This document shows positions 1-13,874 of a stretch of DNA of 64,000 nucleotides, piece by piece. Source of the DNA: Octopus vulgaris (taxonomy: Eukaryota); assembly GCA_951406725.2 (NCBI GenBank), contig OX597817.1, positions 172,422,001-172,486,000 of the forward strand, in the 5' to 3' direction. How positions within the stretch are numbered: the stretch's first letter is position 1; every line of letters starts with the position of its first letter. The position numbers were made by a program, and so were the translations under genes. The notes beneath the pieces are model-generated. The model made no database searches, was not told the origin of the DNA, and saw only the letters and a program-made list of their open reading frames with translations.

Positions 1-2777
1 GCAGCTCTATCGTGCCTGTTGAGATACTCTGTAGGCGCTAGAAGACTGCACTTGGAGACCACATGGTCAATGGTTTCATTTTGTTGCTTGCATACACGAC
101 ACGTTGGACTGCTTCTGATCTTTAATATGTTGGCCTGGTAGTTTCTTGTTGGTAGGCATTGATCTTGAGCTGCTATGATAAACCCCTCTGTTTCAGATTT
201 TAAGCCAGAGGCCATTAGCCATTGATGGGTCAGGGCTTTGTCGATATCTGCATTATTCGCTCTCTTTGGGTATTTGCCATAGAGAGGTTTTTCTTGCCAT
301 TTATTATTCAGAATATCTAAGGCCGCAGTTTTGGCACGGGTTTTCATGCGCCTAGCTTTTTCTGTGCTTGTTTCTTGTATATCTATCTCTAATTCCGAAA
401 TTGGTTGTATTCGGAATTCACTTAGATATACCTTTGCCTGTTTTGTGACTGAGTATGATGCTTTCTTGTTTTCATGTTTTGAGACAAGTTTTAACATCCA
501 GTCCTCAGAGTTTTTCAGGTAGGTGTCTAGGCCAATTGTAGCAATCTTCATTGTTATTGCCAGTTGCAAAAGACAACGGCCTCCCTCTTTTCTTGGCAGA
601 TAGAGTCGTTCTGTATCTGCCTTAGGGTGGTGCATTCTATGCATTGTCAACAGTTTCCTTATTTTTCTGTCGAGCTGACATATTTCAGTAATTGACCAGT
701 TAACAATATTGAAACTGTAAGTCACGACTGGTATAGCTAATGCATTGATTGCTTCGATCCTGTTTCTTGCATTCAGCTCTGTCTTGAGTATTGCTCTCAC
801 TCTTCGATAGCATTCTCTCCTGATCCTTTCCTTCATCTCTGAATGCCTTATTCCGTTCCCTTCAATTACCCCTAGGTACTTGTAGCTCTCCGCTGGGTCT
901 AGTTTTTTTATGACATTCTGTTGGTCAAGGTTAACGTTAGATGTTTCTGTCATTTTTCCTTTGATAAAGGTAGCCTTTGCACATTTATCGAGGCCGAATT
1001 GCATTCTGATGTCGTCACTGAATTGTTTGACTATCGCTAGTAAGCCCTTGAGTTGTTGATCATTTTTTGCAAAAAGCTTTAAATCATCCATGTAAACGAG
1101 ATGATTTATATTTTTATCAAACATTTTATACCCGTACTGCGCGTCATTGAGCAGCTTTGAGAGAGGTATTAAGGCTAAACAGAAGAGGAGTGGTGACAGT
1201 GAGTCACCCTGGAAAATGCCACACGAAATCTTTACATCACCAGCATTTAGGGATTCACTGTCACTGTTCAGAGTTAGTGTGGTTCTCCATGATCTCATAC
1301 TTACAGTCAAGAAGTTTCGCAGAGTTGGTGCTATCTTATACATTTCAAGGCATTTCTTAATCCAGCTATGTGGTAGGCTATCAAAAGCCTTTTTATAGTC
1401 TATCCAGGCTATTGATAAGTTTTTGTGTCGTTTGTGACAATCTTCTAAGATCATCTTATTGATGAGTAGTTGGTCTTTACAGCCGTAGGATCCACGTTTA
1501 CATCCTTTCTGTTCATTAGGGAATATGCTGCTGTCTGTTAAAAAACTATAGGTATATTCCGTCAGGACAGATGTTAGTGTTTTGTACATAGTTGTTAAGC
1601 AGGTTATGGGTCTATAGTTTTTTGGTTCATTTGTTTCTTCACTTTTTGGAAGCAGGAATGTTAACCCATTAACTAGCCAAGGAGGCATCCTACTAGGGTG
1701 TTGCAAAACATCATTGTACAGTTCTGTTAGCAGTTCATGGCTCTCTGGGAAGGCATTCAGCCAGAAGTTAGGAATTTTATCCTTTCCTGGAGACTTCCAT
1801 TTGATTGACCTCCTGAGAGCAGATCTTATATCTTCTACCTTGACACCCTCCCACTTTTGCTCTTCTAAGGGGTCCAGTTCTGTAGATATTCTGTCAATCC
1901 AGGGGCCTTTTCGTTGTGTGTTTTTTCTTCTGCCCAGATTTTATTCCAAAATCTCTGCACTTCTTCTTTTGATGGTACAGACCCTGAAGTAAACGCTGTT
2001 TTTCCTATCTTCCTGTAAAAATTCTTGGTGTTATTTTTGAACATGTTGTTGTCCTTGAAAAATCTCACACGCTTTTCATACCTCGCTATGCGGGCAGCTT
2101 TGGCAGATACCTTTTGTTTGATGGTTTCTATGGTGGCATCAATATCAAGTATAGTTTTCATATTGTATTTTTTCAGTAATTTTTGGGTTTTTGTAGGTTT
2201 GGTAATCTTGTGAGCCTTAAGGTTTTTCAAATATTCAATGTCAGATCTAAATATTTTAATTTGTTGTTGCAGACGCTCTTGCCAAGAAGGCTTTTGTGGG
2301 ACTGTTGCCGTTTTCTAATCTTTACACCACATAGGATCGTTGAGATTTTCGCGGATGCATAGTATAGGTGGTTGAGGTTTGTGATATCAACATCATTAAC
2401 TGAAATTATATCCTTAAGTGCAAGCCGGATTTTACCAATTATTTTCATGTTTTGGTTAGAGTTGCGGATTTTAGGAAGTGTATCACGCTCATCCATACTG
2501 GTTTCTTTAATTTTCAGCCATTCAATCATTATTTGATTTTTTAGCTCATGTAGTTCTGTTGGGTCAATATTTGTGTGACTTTCTTTATCTATTTGATGCT
2601 CATCTGTCTTAGTGTTTATGATTGGTTCAGGGCGTATTTCACTTTGCCTATCACTTATACTAACTCTTTCAATCCTCTCTTCGTTTTTATCCGCCCTGGG
2701 CTGGTCTATAATCATTTCCTCTGTATTATCTTCTCTAGCTGCAGCTTCGTTCATTTTATCCGATATTGCTTGTCTAA

Positions 2778-2778
<1 letters not shown>
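1..2778 (-). mobile_element. R4/Dong-clade RLE non-LTR retrotransposon, 5'-truncated, runs off the left edge; RT + CCHC knuckle
   Basis: Minus-strand translation gives KWKSPGKDKIPNFWL, LSIAWIDYKKAFD (~1380-1420), GIFQGDS (~1200-1220), NHLVYMDDL (~1080-1105), CRVCKQQNETIDHVVSKC and RHD (1-105). ORFs 2227-2754 and 1865-2230 are the upstream part, joined by two 1-nt frameshifts. The 5' end abuts (TAA)n. Confidence 0.93.

Positions 2779-2864
<86 letters not shown>
2779..2864. repeat. (TTA/TAA)n microsatellite at the 5' junction of the Dong-like element
   Basis: Pure trinucleotide run read directly. Confidence 0.97.
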
Positions 2865-2866
<2 letters not shown>

Positions 2867-2867
<1 letters not shown>

Positions 2868-3060
2868 AGGCGGCGAGCTGGCAGAAACGTTAGCACGCCG
2901 GACGAAATGCTTAGCGGTATTTCGTCTCCCGCGACGTTCTGAGTTCAAATTCCGCCGAGGTCGACTTTGCTTTTCATCTTTTCGGGGTCGATAAAGTAAG
3001 TACCAGTTGTAAAGTAAGTACCAATATTTCGACACTTCGTGTGTCTTCCACAAATTCAAA
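2867..3060 (+). mobile_element. tRNA-derived SINE family A (Meta-like central domain)
   Basis: Head AAGGCGGCGAGCTGGCAGAAACGTTAG, B-box GAGTTCAAATTCC, core GTCGACTTTGC-TTTCATC-TTTCGGGGTCGATAAA; many copies in the window. Confidence 0.85.
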
Positions 3061-3196
3061 ATAATCATACATATATAACTATAAATGCATATATATAAAT
3101 ATACACACACACACACACATACACACATATATATATGTAAATATATATATAAATACTTGTGCGTTCATACATACATGTATGTATATATATATAAAA

Positions 3197-3236
<40 letters not shown>

Positions 3237-4633
3237 CATGCTTATGATACGTTTTTGAAAATATCTCCTGTAATGAAATAGCAATATCACGTACATACAC
3301 ACATGCATGCATGAATCTAAATATACACAAATTTACATTTACTCACGTATAGATTAAAAAAATGAGAGAACCGAACGCATGTATTGACTGACTGAAACAT
3401 GCATTTATACAAAACAAAAATACAGACAAACATCGTGTATTTAATATTCCGATAACCTCTTCCTCGCACATTTCATCGTTCATTCAAAATCATCTCATAT
3501 AAATAGACGCTGGAGGCAAAAACTGATTTTGAAATTATTATTTTGTATTTACATTCTACACTAACACCTGTTATTGACAAGGTGGAGTTAATTATCTCAA
3601 AACCGTGTCACAATGACATTGTCATTTGCAACGAAGCAATATGTATTCACTATCCGCATTACCGAAAACATTATAAAAAGCATTACAAGTAACATATTCA
3701 AATCAGATCTGTTCAGGTTAAATCTATTCAGATCAGATCTTATATTCAGAGCATATCTATTTCAAGTGTAAGATGATAAAGTTTGAATGATCGTCTCATA
3801 GCTATTCCTTGCTAACATTAAAATAGGGTGAACAAAAAACGAAACGATGAGAGTTTTTTTGTTTGTTTTTTGTTTTTTTTCTAAGGCCTTCCTCAAAAAT
3901 ATGCTTTCAATTTTAGTTCTACAAGTTGAATATTCCGACAAATTTATCACAGTTCTTAACAACTCTATAAATGGGACGGTAAGATATACGAAGATATGTT
4001 TGTAAAATAGTGGTATTTTTTTTTTAGAGATGTACTTGTCATGCATGTGATTTGATATGAGACTATATCTTAAAACTAAAACAATTGCAGCGTGGGAGAC
4101 ACATGTTAGACTTACAGAAACACAAAAGCTGTTAACTTCTCTTAAATATTTATTGTTTGTAAAATGGTGTCAAAATTTTCGTCACTCGAAACTGCGACTT
4201 GATTACTGTAAACGTTATGTTGAAGTATAATATTTCCAGTGACCAGTGAGTTCCACCGCCGGCAAATTGCCAGAAATATGAAGGAGGTGCACAATCGATT
4301 ATATTCAAAGGTGGAAAGTTTATTTGACGAAATATTGTTGCTATTAAATTGTAATTCATAGCAAAGTAAGATCTTAGAGTATGCGTAGATAGTTGTGAGA
4401 GTTTGATAAACGGTTGTATAACTGAAAAAGAATGTGTAACAAAGAAAGGATATAGGGTATAATCACAGGTGCATAACGGTTTAGTAGTGGGTTAAATATT
4501 TTGGCCTAGTGCTATAAAAATTGTTAACGGCAGTTTCGCCAAAGTATTAGTGGACCTGTAACAAATATAAAATATCGACCAATGTTCGGGATAATCATAA
4601 CCTTATATTATTCATTATTAACACTGAGAAATT

Positions 4634-5640
4634 AAGGTGGCGAGCTGGCAGTATCGGGCGAATTACTTAGCAGTAATTCTTCTGCCAGTCATCAATGCGG
4701 TCGGTGGAAGTTTCCCTTTCGAATTCTATCCAGAGTTAGTGGGAGGAAAGAACGAGTCGTGCTCAAGGAAAGGCTGGACATCCACAAAGATCAATTAGTT
4801 TAAGAGGGCGAGTTGGCAAAGTCGTTAGCACGTCGGGCAAGACGTTTATCGACAATTCGTCCGTCCTTTCGTTCTGAGTTCAAAATCCACCGAGGTTGTC
4901 TCAGCCTTTCATCCTTTAGCACGCAGGGCGAAATGCTTAGCCGTATTTCGTCTGCCGTTACGTTCTGATTTCAAATTCCGCTGAGGTCAACTTTGCCTTT
5001 CATACTTTCAGAGTCGATAAATTACTCACTGGGGTCGATATAATCGACTTAATCCGTTTGTCTGTCCTTGTTTGTCCCCTCTGTGTTTAGCCCCTTGTGG
5101 GTAGTAAAGAAATAGGTATTTCGTCTGTCGCTACGTTTTGAGTTCATATTTCGCCGAGGTCGACTTTGCCTTTCATCCTTTCGGGGTCGATTAAATAAGT
5201 ACCAGTTACTCACTGGGGTCGATATAATCGACTTAATCCGTTTTTCTGTCCTTGTTTGTCGTCTCTGTATTTAGCCCCTTGTGGGTAGTAAAGAAATAGG
5301 TATTTCGTCTGCCGTTACGTTCTGAGTTCAAATCCCGCAGAGGTCGACTTTGCCTTTCATCCTTTCAGGGTCGATTAAATAAGTACCAGTTACGCACTGG
5401 GGTTGATGTAATCGACTTAATCCCTTTGTCTGTCCTTGTTTGTCGTCTCTGTGTTTAGCCCCTTGTGAGCAATAAAGAAATAAAAATCAATTAGTTGGTC
5501 TTTTCCGGAAGCCCTTTGGAGTGACTTTGCTGCCCATCTTTTCAAAATCGATAAAATAAGGACCAGATGAACCCTGTGATCCATGTGACCGATTAACCCC
5601 TTCCCTCTAAGATTCCTGGTTTTGTTCCAAAATTTGAAAC
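4634..5640 (+). mobile_element. Nested/multimeric SINE family A cluster with three tandem bodies
   Basis: Heads at ~4634, ~4803 and ~4916. Tandem bodies start at 4943, 5116 and 5300. ATCAATTAGTT is duplicated at 4790-4800 and 5486-5496. Confidence 0.85.
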
Positions 5641-5692
5641 AATTATTATTACTGTTGTTGTTACCGCTGAGGTGTTGTTGCTATTGCTATTT

Positions 5693-5765
<73 letters not shown>

Positions 5766-5870
5766 ATCTCGATGCCAACCATCATTGACAAAATAACAGC
5801 GGCTAAATTTAGATATCTACGAAGTTTCAGTCAAGATATTGGCAACAGTTAGATCCGCTACTTGATATTC

Positions 5871-5917
<47 letters not shown>

Positions 5918-6371
5918 GCTAAGGGAGAAAATATGGAAATATAAATAACTTGTAATAGGTTGAGGAAAATCGACGGCATGATGAAAGAATATAGCGTTGA
6001 TGAAAGATACGGTAAACTAGAACTGTAAAAGAAAAAATATATACATTATTGTAGAACGAAGCAGTTAAGATTGCACCGGTATAAAACACATGCTTACAAT
6101 CTCTGATTTCAATAAGGCACTGACGTCAGCGATTGAAATAAGAGCTTAAGCGAGTCATTCCTCGCCGCCATTACGTTTACGTATACATGCACACACACAC
6201 ACACGAACACAAATACACACATATACACAAACACAAACACACTCATATACACAAACACATGCGTGTGCATACACCTATACGTATATGTATGTGTGTATGC
6301 ATATATCAATGTATATATATATATGAATTTGTGTGTGTATGTATATATATATATATATATATACATAGTTA

Positions 6372-6404
<33 letters not shown>

Positions 6405-7816
6405 GTATATAAACTCATATGTATATATGTACATTCATATATACACGCGTGCGGATATATACATACATGCATACATACATAACACGTTCCGGTTGGTGAT
6501 TTCAGTTATCCTAAATACCTATTTCTTTACTACCCACAAGGGGCTAAACACAGAGAGGATAAACAAACGGATTAAGTCGATTATATCGACCCCAGTGCGA
6601 AACTGGTACTTTATTTATCGACCCCGAAAGGATGAAAGGCAAAGTTGACCATTGCAAACAGCCGTAGAATTTTAAACGCAGTCTTTTATTTACTTAGCTT
6701 TTGTTTTCTTGTTTCTATTATTTTCACATTTGCTGTGTTTTGCTTGATTTTATATTTGTCCGTTTGTTTGTTTGTTTGTTTTATCATGTTAATTTCGAAT
6801 ATTATCATGGTTGAATTTAGATTTCGATCTTCTATGGTCGATGTTAAAATTGACGCAATAGACTGGTATCTCTTATGAGTGTCTCCAAACACAGCGGGTT
6901 CAGAACTATTCTTTTTCTTTTATCGTTTTACTTGTTTCAATCACTGGTTCGTGGCCATACTATAGCAGTATCTTGAAGAATATAGTCAGGCAAATCTAAC
7001 CCCACCCATCAGTAGTAAATCTAACCTCCACCATTTCGCTTAAATCTGGCGGTTATTGTTAAACATTTTTTGTCGAATCATTAAGTTAATGGGACTTGAA
7101 CAACACTACAGAAGCGCGCTCATACGCACACATACACACACGCACACACACACACACACATGCACACATACACGTATACGACCGGCTTCAACAAAGTTTT
7201 CGTCCACCAAATTCATTCACAAGGAATTGATCAGACCGAGGTTATAAAGGAAGACAGTTGCTCAAGGTGCTGCGCTGCGAAACTGAACTCGTAACCACGT
7301 GGTTGCGAAGCGAATTTGTTCACCCCACAGTTACGTCTGATCCAATTTAAATATTTGTATATAGAACATAATAATCAGAGTTTGTTATACAAATACAGAC
7401 TTGATGACGGCGTACTTTATAGAATGTATTCTTATTGGTTTGCATACGCTCAGTTATAATTTTAATATTGAGCGTTCCTCACATCCGGCTTTACGTTCTG
7501 GGTTCAAATTCCGCCGAGGTCGATTTTGTCTTTCATCCTTTTGAGGTCGATAAAATAAGTACTATTTCAGCACTGGGGCCGATGTAATCGACCTTATCTC
7601 CTCCCCGAAGTTGCTGACCATGAGCCAAAATTTGAAATCAATTTTGAGTGTTCTTTCTAAAAGAAAACCTTTAGCAATTCTCCCGTGTCATGAAGGCACC
7701 GACATAACCGAGTAATTTCTACTAACATTATAATTGCTTCCAATTTAACACCACAGAAAGCTTATCTTTTTAAGACTTAAATCTGGTTCATTTCTCAACT
7801 TACTCGTTAATAATAG

Positions 7817-8152
7817 TGAAGGCGCATGGCTCAGTGGCCAGAACGTCGGGCTCACAATCACGAGGTAGTGAGGTCGATTCCCGGTCCGAGCTGTGTGTGT
7901 TGTGTTCTTGAGAAAAACACTTTATTTCATGTTGCTCCAGTTCACTCGGCTGTAGAAATGAGTTGCGATGTCACTGGCGCCAGGTTGTATTGGTCTTTGC
8001 CTTTCCTTTGGATAACATCGATGACATGGAGAGGCGGGGCTGGTATTCATGGGCGACTGCTGGTCTTTCATAAACAATTTTGCCCGGACTTAGCCTTGGA
8101 GGGTAACTTTCTAGACGCAATACCATTATCATTCATAACCGAAGGGAGTCTT
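7817..8152 (+). mobile_element. tRNA-derived SINE family C
   Basis: A-box TGGCTCAGTGG and B-box-like GGTCGATTCCC; body closely similar to 53195-53515. Confidence 0.85.
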
Positions 8153-8434
8153 TGCGCTTTAGCCACTGATAATATCGGATGACCTCTGATTAAAGCTTGA
8201 AGCCTCAGAAATGAGATAAGAGAGAATTCATATATTTATTTTAACATATATCTCCGATATTGATTTACCAATATACTTTGTATGAAGAAATCTATATTAT
8301 GTTCATGTTTATTTACATATTGCGCTTTGTCCTTTGTTTCCGATAACAGAGACAAGATATATCAGTCGAGCTGAGGCTGTATTTTGAAAGATATTTTTAT
8401 TTTTGATACATACATATATACATATATACATACA

Positions 8435-8465
<31 letters not shown>

Positions 8466-8467
8466 CC

Positions 8468-8505
<38 letters not shown>

Positions 8506-8506
8506 G

Positions 8507-8537
<31 letters not shown>

Positions 8538-8560
8538 GTATATATAAGTATATATATATG

Positions 8561-8592
<32 letters not shown>

Positions 8593-8630
8593 CATATATA
8601 TATAGATATATATGTATCTATCTATATCTG

Positions 8631-8667
<37 letters not shown>

Positions 8668-8797
8668 CACACACACACACATACATATATGCATATACGT
8701 ATACATATGCATTTGTATATTAACACACGCATATATATCCATATATACATACATTTATACAGACATTCCCCTATATGCATCTATGTGCGTGTGTGTG

Positions 8798-8850
<53 letters not shown>

Positions 8851-9467
8851 TGGTGTGTGTGTGTGTGTGTGTTTTCAAATCCTGTCGTTATTGTCTTTGC
8901 TTTTTATTCCTCTAGGCTCATTCGACTATACTATTCCAATACAAATGTTTGCCATTCTATTGGTTAGACATTAATGCTTATGTAGGAGCGTGTCTTTGTA
9001 AATATATATGTGTGTGTGTGAACGTGTGTAAGTATGTGTGTATGTATGTGTGCGCGCGTATTTTTCCGTCAATGAACATTATGTGACTCCATTATAATCC
9101 AAAATTGATATCAATTCAAAGTACCAGACATTTATGAAAAAGACGCTGTTAGGTTTCGGTAGACATGAAGTCAAAGTTAAAAGAAAAAACAAAAGACGAT
9201 GGCGGAAGATACACTCACTGACTGCCAAGAAGGAAAACACGTCAGCTATAAGTCATTTGTAAGAAGAAAAAAGATATTCTGGACGAATGCTACTACTAAG
9301 ATTATGATCTGGCTGCAAGATGGCAGAATGTCAGAATGTATGATTGTAAACAGTAACATGTTCTCAAGAAAACAACTGCTTTGAAACATTGTTGGCATAA
9401 CTGAAGTTTACCAAATCAAAGTGTAGTGAAAGTTGTTTTGGTTGAACGAACAAAAGCATGTGACCAC

Positions 9468-9575
9468 ACACTCACTCACTCACTCCCTCACTCATTCACT
9501 CCCTCACTCATTCGCTCCCTCACTCATTCACTCCCTCACTCATTCACTCCCTCACTCATTCACTCCCTCACTCAT
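9468..9575. repeat. 16-bp minisatellite (CACTCCCTCACTCATT)n
   Basis: About six tandem copies read directly. Confidence 0.85.
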
Positions 9576-10871
9576 TTATTCTTCCAATCATCCACATCAT
9601 TTGTGTCTTCCTTTTCATTCTCCTTTCAGTGATGATAATGCGAATGTTACTCGTTTTCTCTTGTAGTTTTGAAGTTTTCTATCTGTTAGATATCCTGGAA
9701 CCTTTGTCATTGAATCCACGCACGGAGAAACTGAGATCGGAATGGATTCCTTTGCATAATTGGTTTATTGTAAGAAAAGCTGTTATCGGTTATTTTTCTT
9801 TGTTGCACTTATATATCGTTCTTTTAGATCTAATGAAATTGTATTGATACCTGATTTTACAAGCAATCATTCGATCCGAAGAATAAATATATTGAAGATC
9901 CATCTAGAAGTACCGTATGCTATTATATAAAAGATACGATGAAAAAGAATGCGAAAAATAGTAGAATGTAAAAATACAAAAGAATCATATAGATTGGAAC
10001 TAGGAGAGCAACAGGCAAACCAATAAATTATGGAATTAACGGATAATGTTAGTCTGTCATATAATCCAAACTGATTTCTCTAAAAGTTAAAAGTATTGCC
10101 ATCTCTTGTAAGAGCGTTGGATGTTCTGGGCCAGAGGATTTATTGCAAACTGAGAAGGAAAATAAGCTAAATCGATGATTGAAAGATTGGGAAGTCATTT
10201 AAAACATAATCGGTAGGAGTAAAGCGAACATTATTGCCTGGAATATGACCGATGTGTAAGGGTGGGGATAGACTAAGCATTATCGCCTGAAATGTATGTT
10301 TTATGGACGGGTGGAGAAAACAAAAACGCACGGAATTGTATGAGGTTGGAAGTGGTTTTTAACGATCTTCTCTCTCTGGAATGCAGTTGTTTCAGATATT
10401 GTTGTTCGTCGTCGTTGCTGTTATTGTTTAACCCTAGGTTGGCTCAGGCCTATGGTCAAAGGTATTCCAGTAATTACCTCACATTTGTTATTCAGGTAAT
10501 GTCTATCTAGGGCTACATTATTTAACGAGTCTTTCATATTTATGATCCCTTTGCCTCTTGTTATATCCTCATGGATAAACGAAACAACTGCAACAGAGTA
10601 ATAGCAATATAACTGAAACAAACGGCAGTAACCACACAGAACGAAACAACAATCTTTTAGGAAGCAACAATCACATACGCAACTCGAACAGTAAGCTTTG
10701 AACTATCAACGCATGACGAACTACCTCACTTACTCAGACCATTATTATTTATATGCAGTGGTCCAGTCCATTCTCGCCAAGGGGCGTCGTACTCTCGCAC
10801 AACATTTCCCATTTTGAGATTTCGTGTTACAAAGGAGTTAAGAAGTGATATGTATATATAATAATATGAGG

Positions 10872-10948
10872 ATTTCACTGACGATCTGCAGATAAATTGT
10901 GTAAGTAAAATTACGTAATTTATTAAGAGTGAAACAATTGTTTGGGAT
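10872..10948 (+). ncRNA. Minimal type I hammerhead ribozyme (Penelope-type)
   Basis: ATTTCA-CTGACGA-[stem II ATAAATTGTGTAA/TTACGTAATTTAT]-GAAA-CAATTG-TT-TGGGAT. Stem I has 6 bp with 2 G-U pairs and helix III is palindromic. It lies in a ~230-bp insert bounded by (TA)n inside the Gypsy element. Confidence 0.72.
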
Positions 10949-13457
10949 TAATCTATATTTTTGTTATTTTTCATTTGTCTTGCTCGCTTACGCTTCTGCT
11001 GTGCTAAATTTACTGGAGAACAATTCTTATTGGTTGAGACCTATGCGGATCTCTTTCAAGCGTAAGGGCTTCCACATAGTGGTTCCCACTTATATTTATG
11101 TATATATATATATATATATATATAGTATTTCTTTCGCTGGGGCATTATTTCAAGGTGTCCGGTCTGCTTTCTTTTTCTCATGATGGTCATACGGGACTCT
11201 GTTACTTTTGGTACTGATACATCGAATATTTCACAAAATTCTTCCATGGGAATATCTTCCTGATCTTGGTTATGCCCCTTCCTTGGTTGGTTTATACGTC
11301 TCTTATGTTCACCGTGTGACCCTCTACATCATACTTCCAATTTTTCTGATTTTCATATTTCCGTTACTCCTTTCTTTCTCTAGTAATATCTTATTAAAAA
11401 TAGATTTTATTCTTCTTGCGAACATCAATTCTGCGAGAGACTTCCTTGAATTTATACTTGGACTGGGGGTCAATGTGGATATTTTAAAGAAATTTGTCAG
11501 TGCTTCGTTTTTACTTAATTCATTCTTCGCTTTTCTCAACGCTCTTTTAAAGGTGTCCACAAATCTTTCTACCTACCCGTTTGACTTCGGGTGGTAGTGT
11601 AGAGAGAAAATATGCTTTATCACAGGCTTTTACAGAAGTTCTTAAATTCATACCCAGAGAACTGCATGTCAGGAACACCGTATCGCGCAAACAATTCGTA
11701 TAAGAACTTTATAGTTGTCTTGGAGGTTGGTCTATAGTACCTGCAAACCTCCGACTACATAGTACAGCTATCTACTACGATTAGATAGTAAATGTCATTT
11801 ACCGGTCCGGCATAGTCAAGGTGTAACCTAGGGTTTTCCGTCTCTGGCCACGATTGATATTTTACCGGCTAGGCTTTGACCACGAGCGCACAACCTCGGT
11901 AAGTTTTCGATATCTTGCTTCATAGACGGCTAATATACATAATAATTCCTCATCAGAGCCTTCTCCTTAGCCATTCTTGGATATCCGCTGTGAAATTGTT
12001 GCAATACACCTTTTAGTAATGTAGTTGGAACCACCACATTGAAAGCACCACATTGAAACATTTACGGTTTCAATCGCTGCAAACGGTACTTTTCTGCTTG
12101 CTTTAAATACAGGTACAGCGTTTTCACTTACTTGGAAACAGGCTTCCGTCTTTTTAAATCCTCTGATCATACTTGTGAGAACAGTTTTTTTCAGTTCTTT
12201 GTTCAGTTCTTCCGAAGACTTGTTTTTAACGGGACAACCATTTATGTTATTGCAGCAAAGATTTATGGGGAGGTACCATAAATCGAATAGTTCTAACCAA
12301 TCTGTACCAAACAGATTGATTGTATTATCCACATCAAATAATTTTGCTTCGCGTGTCTCTCCTCGAAATGTGACGCTGATATATGTTTTGCCCATGAAAT
12401 GTAATTTATCGCCAGTTATACCACGCGCTATTTTCGCTGTTTTTACGTAATCTCGGTTTACCAATTTTTTTCCAAGTATCCGCACTTATAATCGAGATGT
12501 CACTACCTGTGTCTTGTTCTACAGTGAGAACTCCTGTGTCCTAGCTTCTAACAATTATAGCACTTTTCGTTTTTAAACGGACAATCCCTTTTGTAGTGTA
12601 GGCCTCCACAACCATAACACGGATTGGGGCCTGACACTTATTTTTTTATTATGCTTCCCGGGACGACACATTTGAATTTTTGCAGTCTTTATCTTGTATT
12701 TTTTTCACATCATGTTTAAGATTTACCATAGTCTGACATTCTTCTGCGATGGTCCGTAGAAATAAATCTTGGTTCGCTTGCTCCATTTTCAAGAGAATAC
12801 TTGCTCGAATTTCTCTATCTTCAGGTCTTTGCAAGATGTCCTTGCCATAAGTCCTTGAACGAAGATACATGGTTTGAACATACCCTGTGTGAAATTCTGG
12901 ACTTTGAAATTTTCGCACATACGGTTGACTACTCCGGCGTAGGTGATAAAATCTTCCTCTTCATTTTTTTGTTAAGTTCCAACACTCCATTCTGGTGTTG
13001 AATAATGAACTTCTATCACAAAATTTTTTTGAAAGTAGTTCCTCGGTTTCTTGGAAACCAATCTCGGTCGACATTTTGAGCAGAATAATGTTACAGTAAC
13101 GCTCATGTTCGATAGGAGCCTTATTTTCGTAGTAAAAGCCTTATTTTCTGCTCCTCCGACCATGACTTGTACTCGTTAAAAATTTCCTCGTATCTTCCAT
13201 AATACGCGGGACACGTAATACCCTTCTCCGGATTATAAGTAAATTCAGAAGTTGCGTTGGCCACGCCTTTTGGCGTAAACGAGCTTAATGGATTTTCGGA
13301 CTTCGCCGACTGTAACTCAATTAATTGTTATTGTTGTTGTACTTGTTTTTGCAGCTCCTATAGTTGTTCCTGCTGTTTTTATTGAAGCTGTACTACTGCG
13401 GCTAATAGGTTTTCCATGATTCAGAAATTTTCAAATAATCAATATGAGTTTCGAACG

Positions 13458-13470
13458 ATCCTCGTCGCCA
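13458..13470 (-). promoter_or_regulatory. Primer-binding site complementary to the 3' end of tRNA-Ser(GCU)
   Basis: Minus strand TGGCGACGAGGAT immediately inside the 5' LTR; eukaryotic tRNA-Ser(GCU) ends ...ATCCTCGTCGCCA. Confidence 0.8.
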
Positions 13471-13647
13471 GAAGTTATATCCTTATGGATAAACGAATAC
13501 ACTGCAACAGAGTAATAGCAATATAATTGAAACAAACGGCAGTAACTACACGTAACGAAACAACAATCTTTTGAGAACCAGCAATCCAACATGCTTAATT
13601 CAAACTGTAAACTTTGAATTCCAACTTTGAACTCTCAACACACGAAC

Positions 13648-13874
13648 GAGACGGCAAGCTGGTAGAAACGTTAGTGCTCCGGGCGAAATGCTTAGCGGTA
13701 TTTCGTCTGCCGTTACGTTGTGAGTTCAAATTCCGCCGAGGTCGACTTTGCCTTTCGGGGTCGATAAAGTAAGTACCAGTTTCGTACTGGGGTCGATGTA
13801 ATCGACTTAATCCCTTTGTCTGTCCTTGTTTGTCCCCTCTATGTCTAGCTCCTTGTGGGCAGTAAAGAAATATA
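13648..13874 (+). mobile_element. SINE family A inserted in the Gypsy 5' LTR
   Basis: 13-bp TSD TCAACACACGAAC at 13635-13647 and 13875-13887. Confidence 0.92.

Noticed and set aside
4240-9762. Possible plus-strand small exons (4240-4310, 6821-6865, 9690-9762)
   Set aside because: Weak donor sites, incompatible phases and no recognisable protein motif.
11967-12060. Apparent misplaced zinc knuckle CFQCGGSNYITKRC
   Set aside because: It is an off-frame reading of the integrase N-terminal region (VVVPTTLLKGVLQQFHSG).
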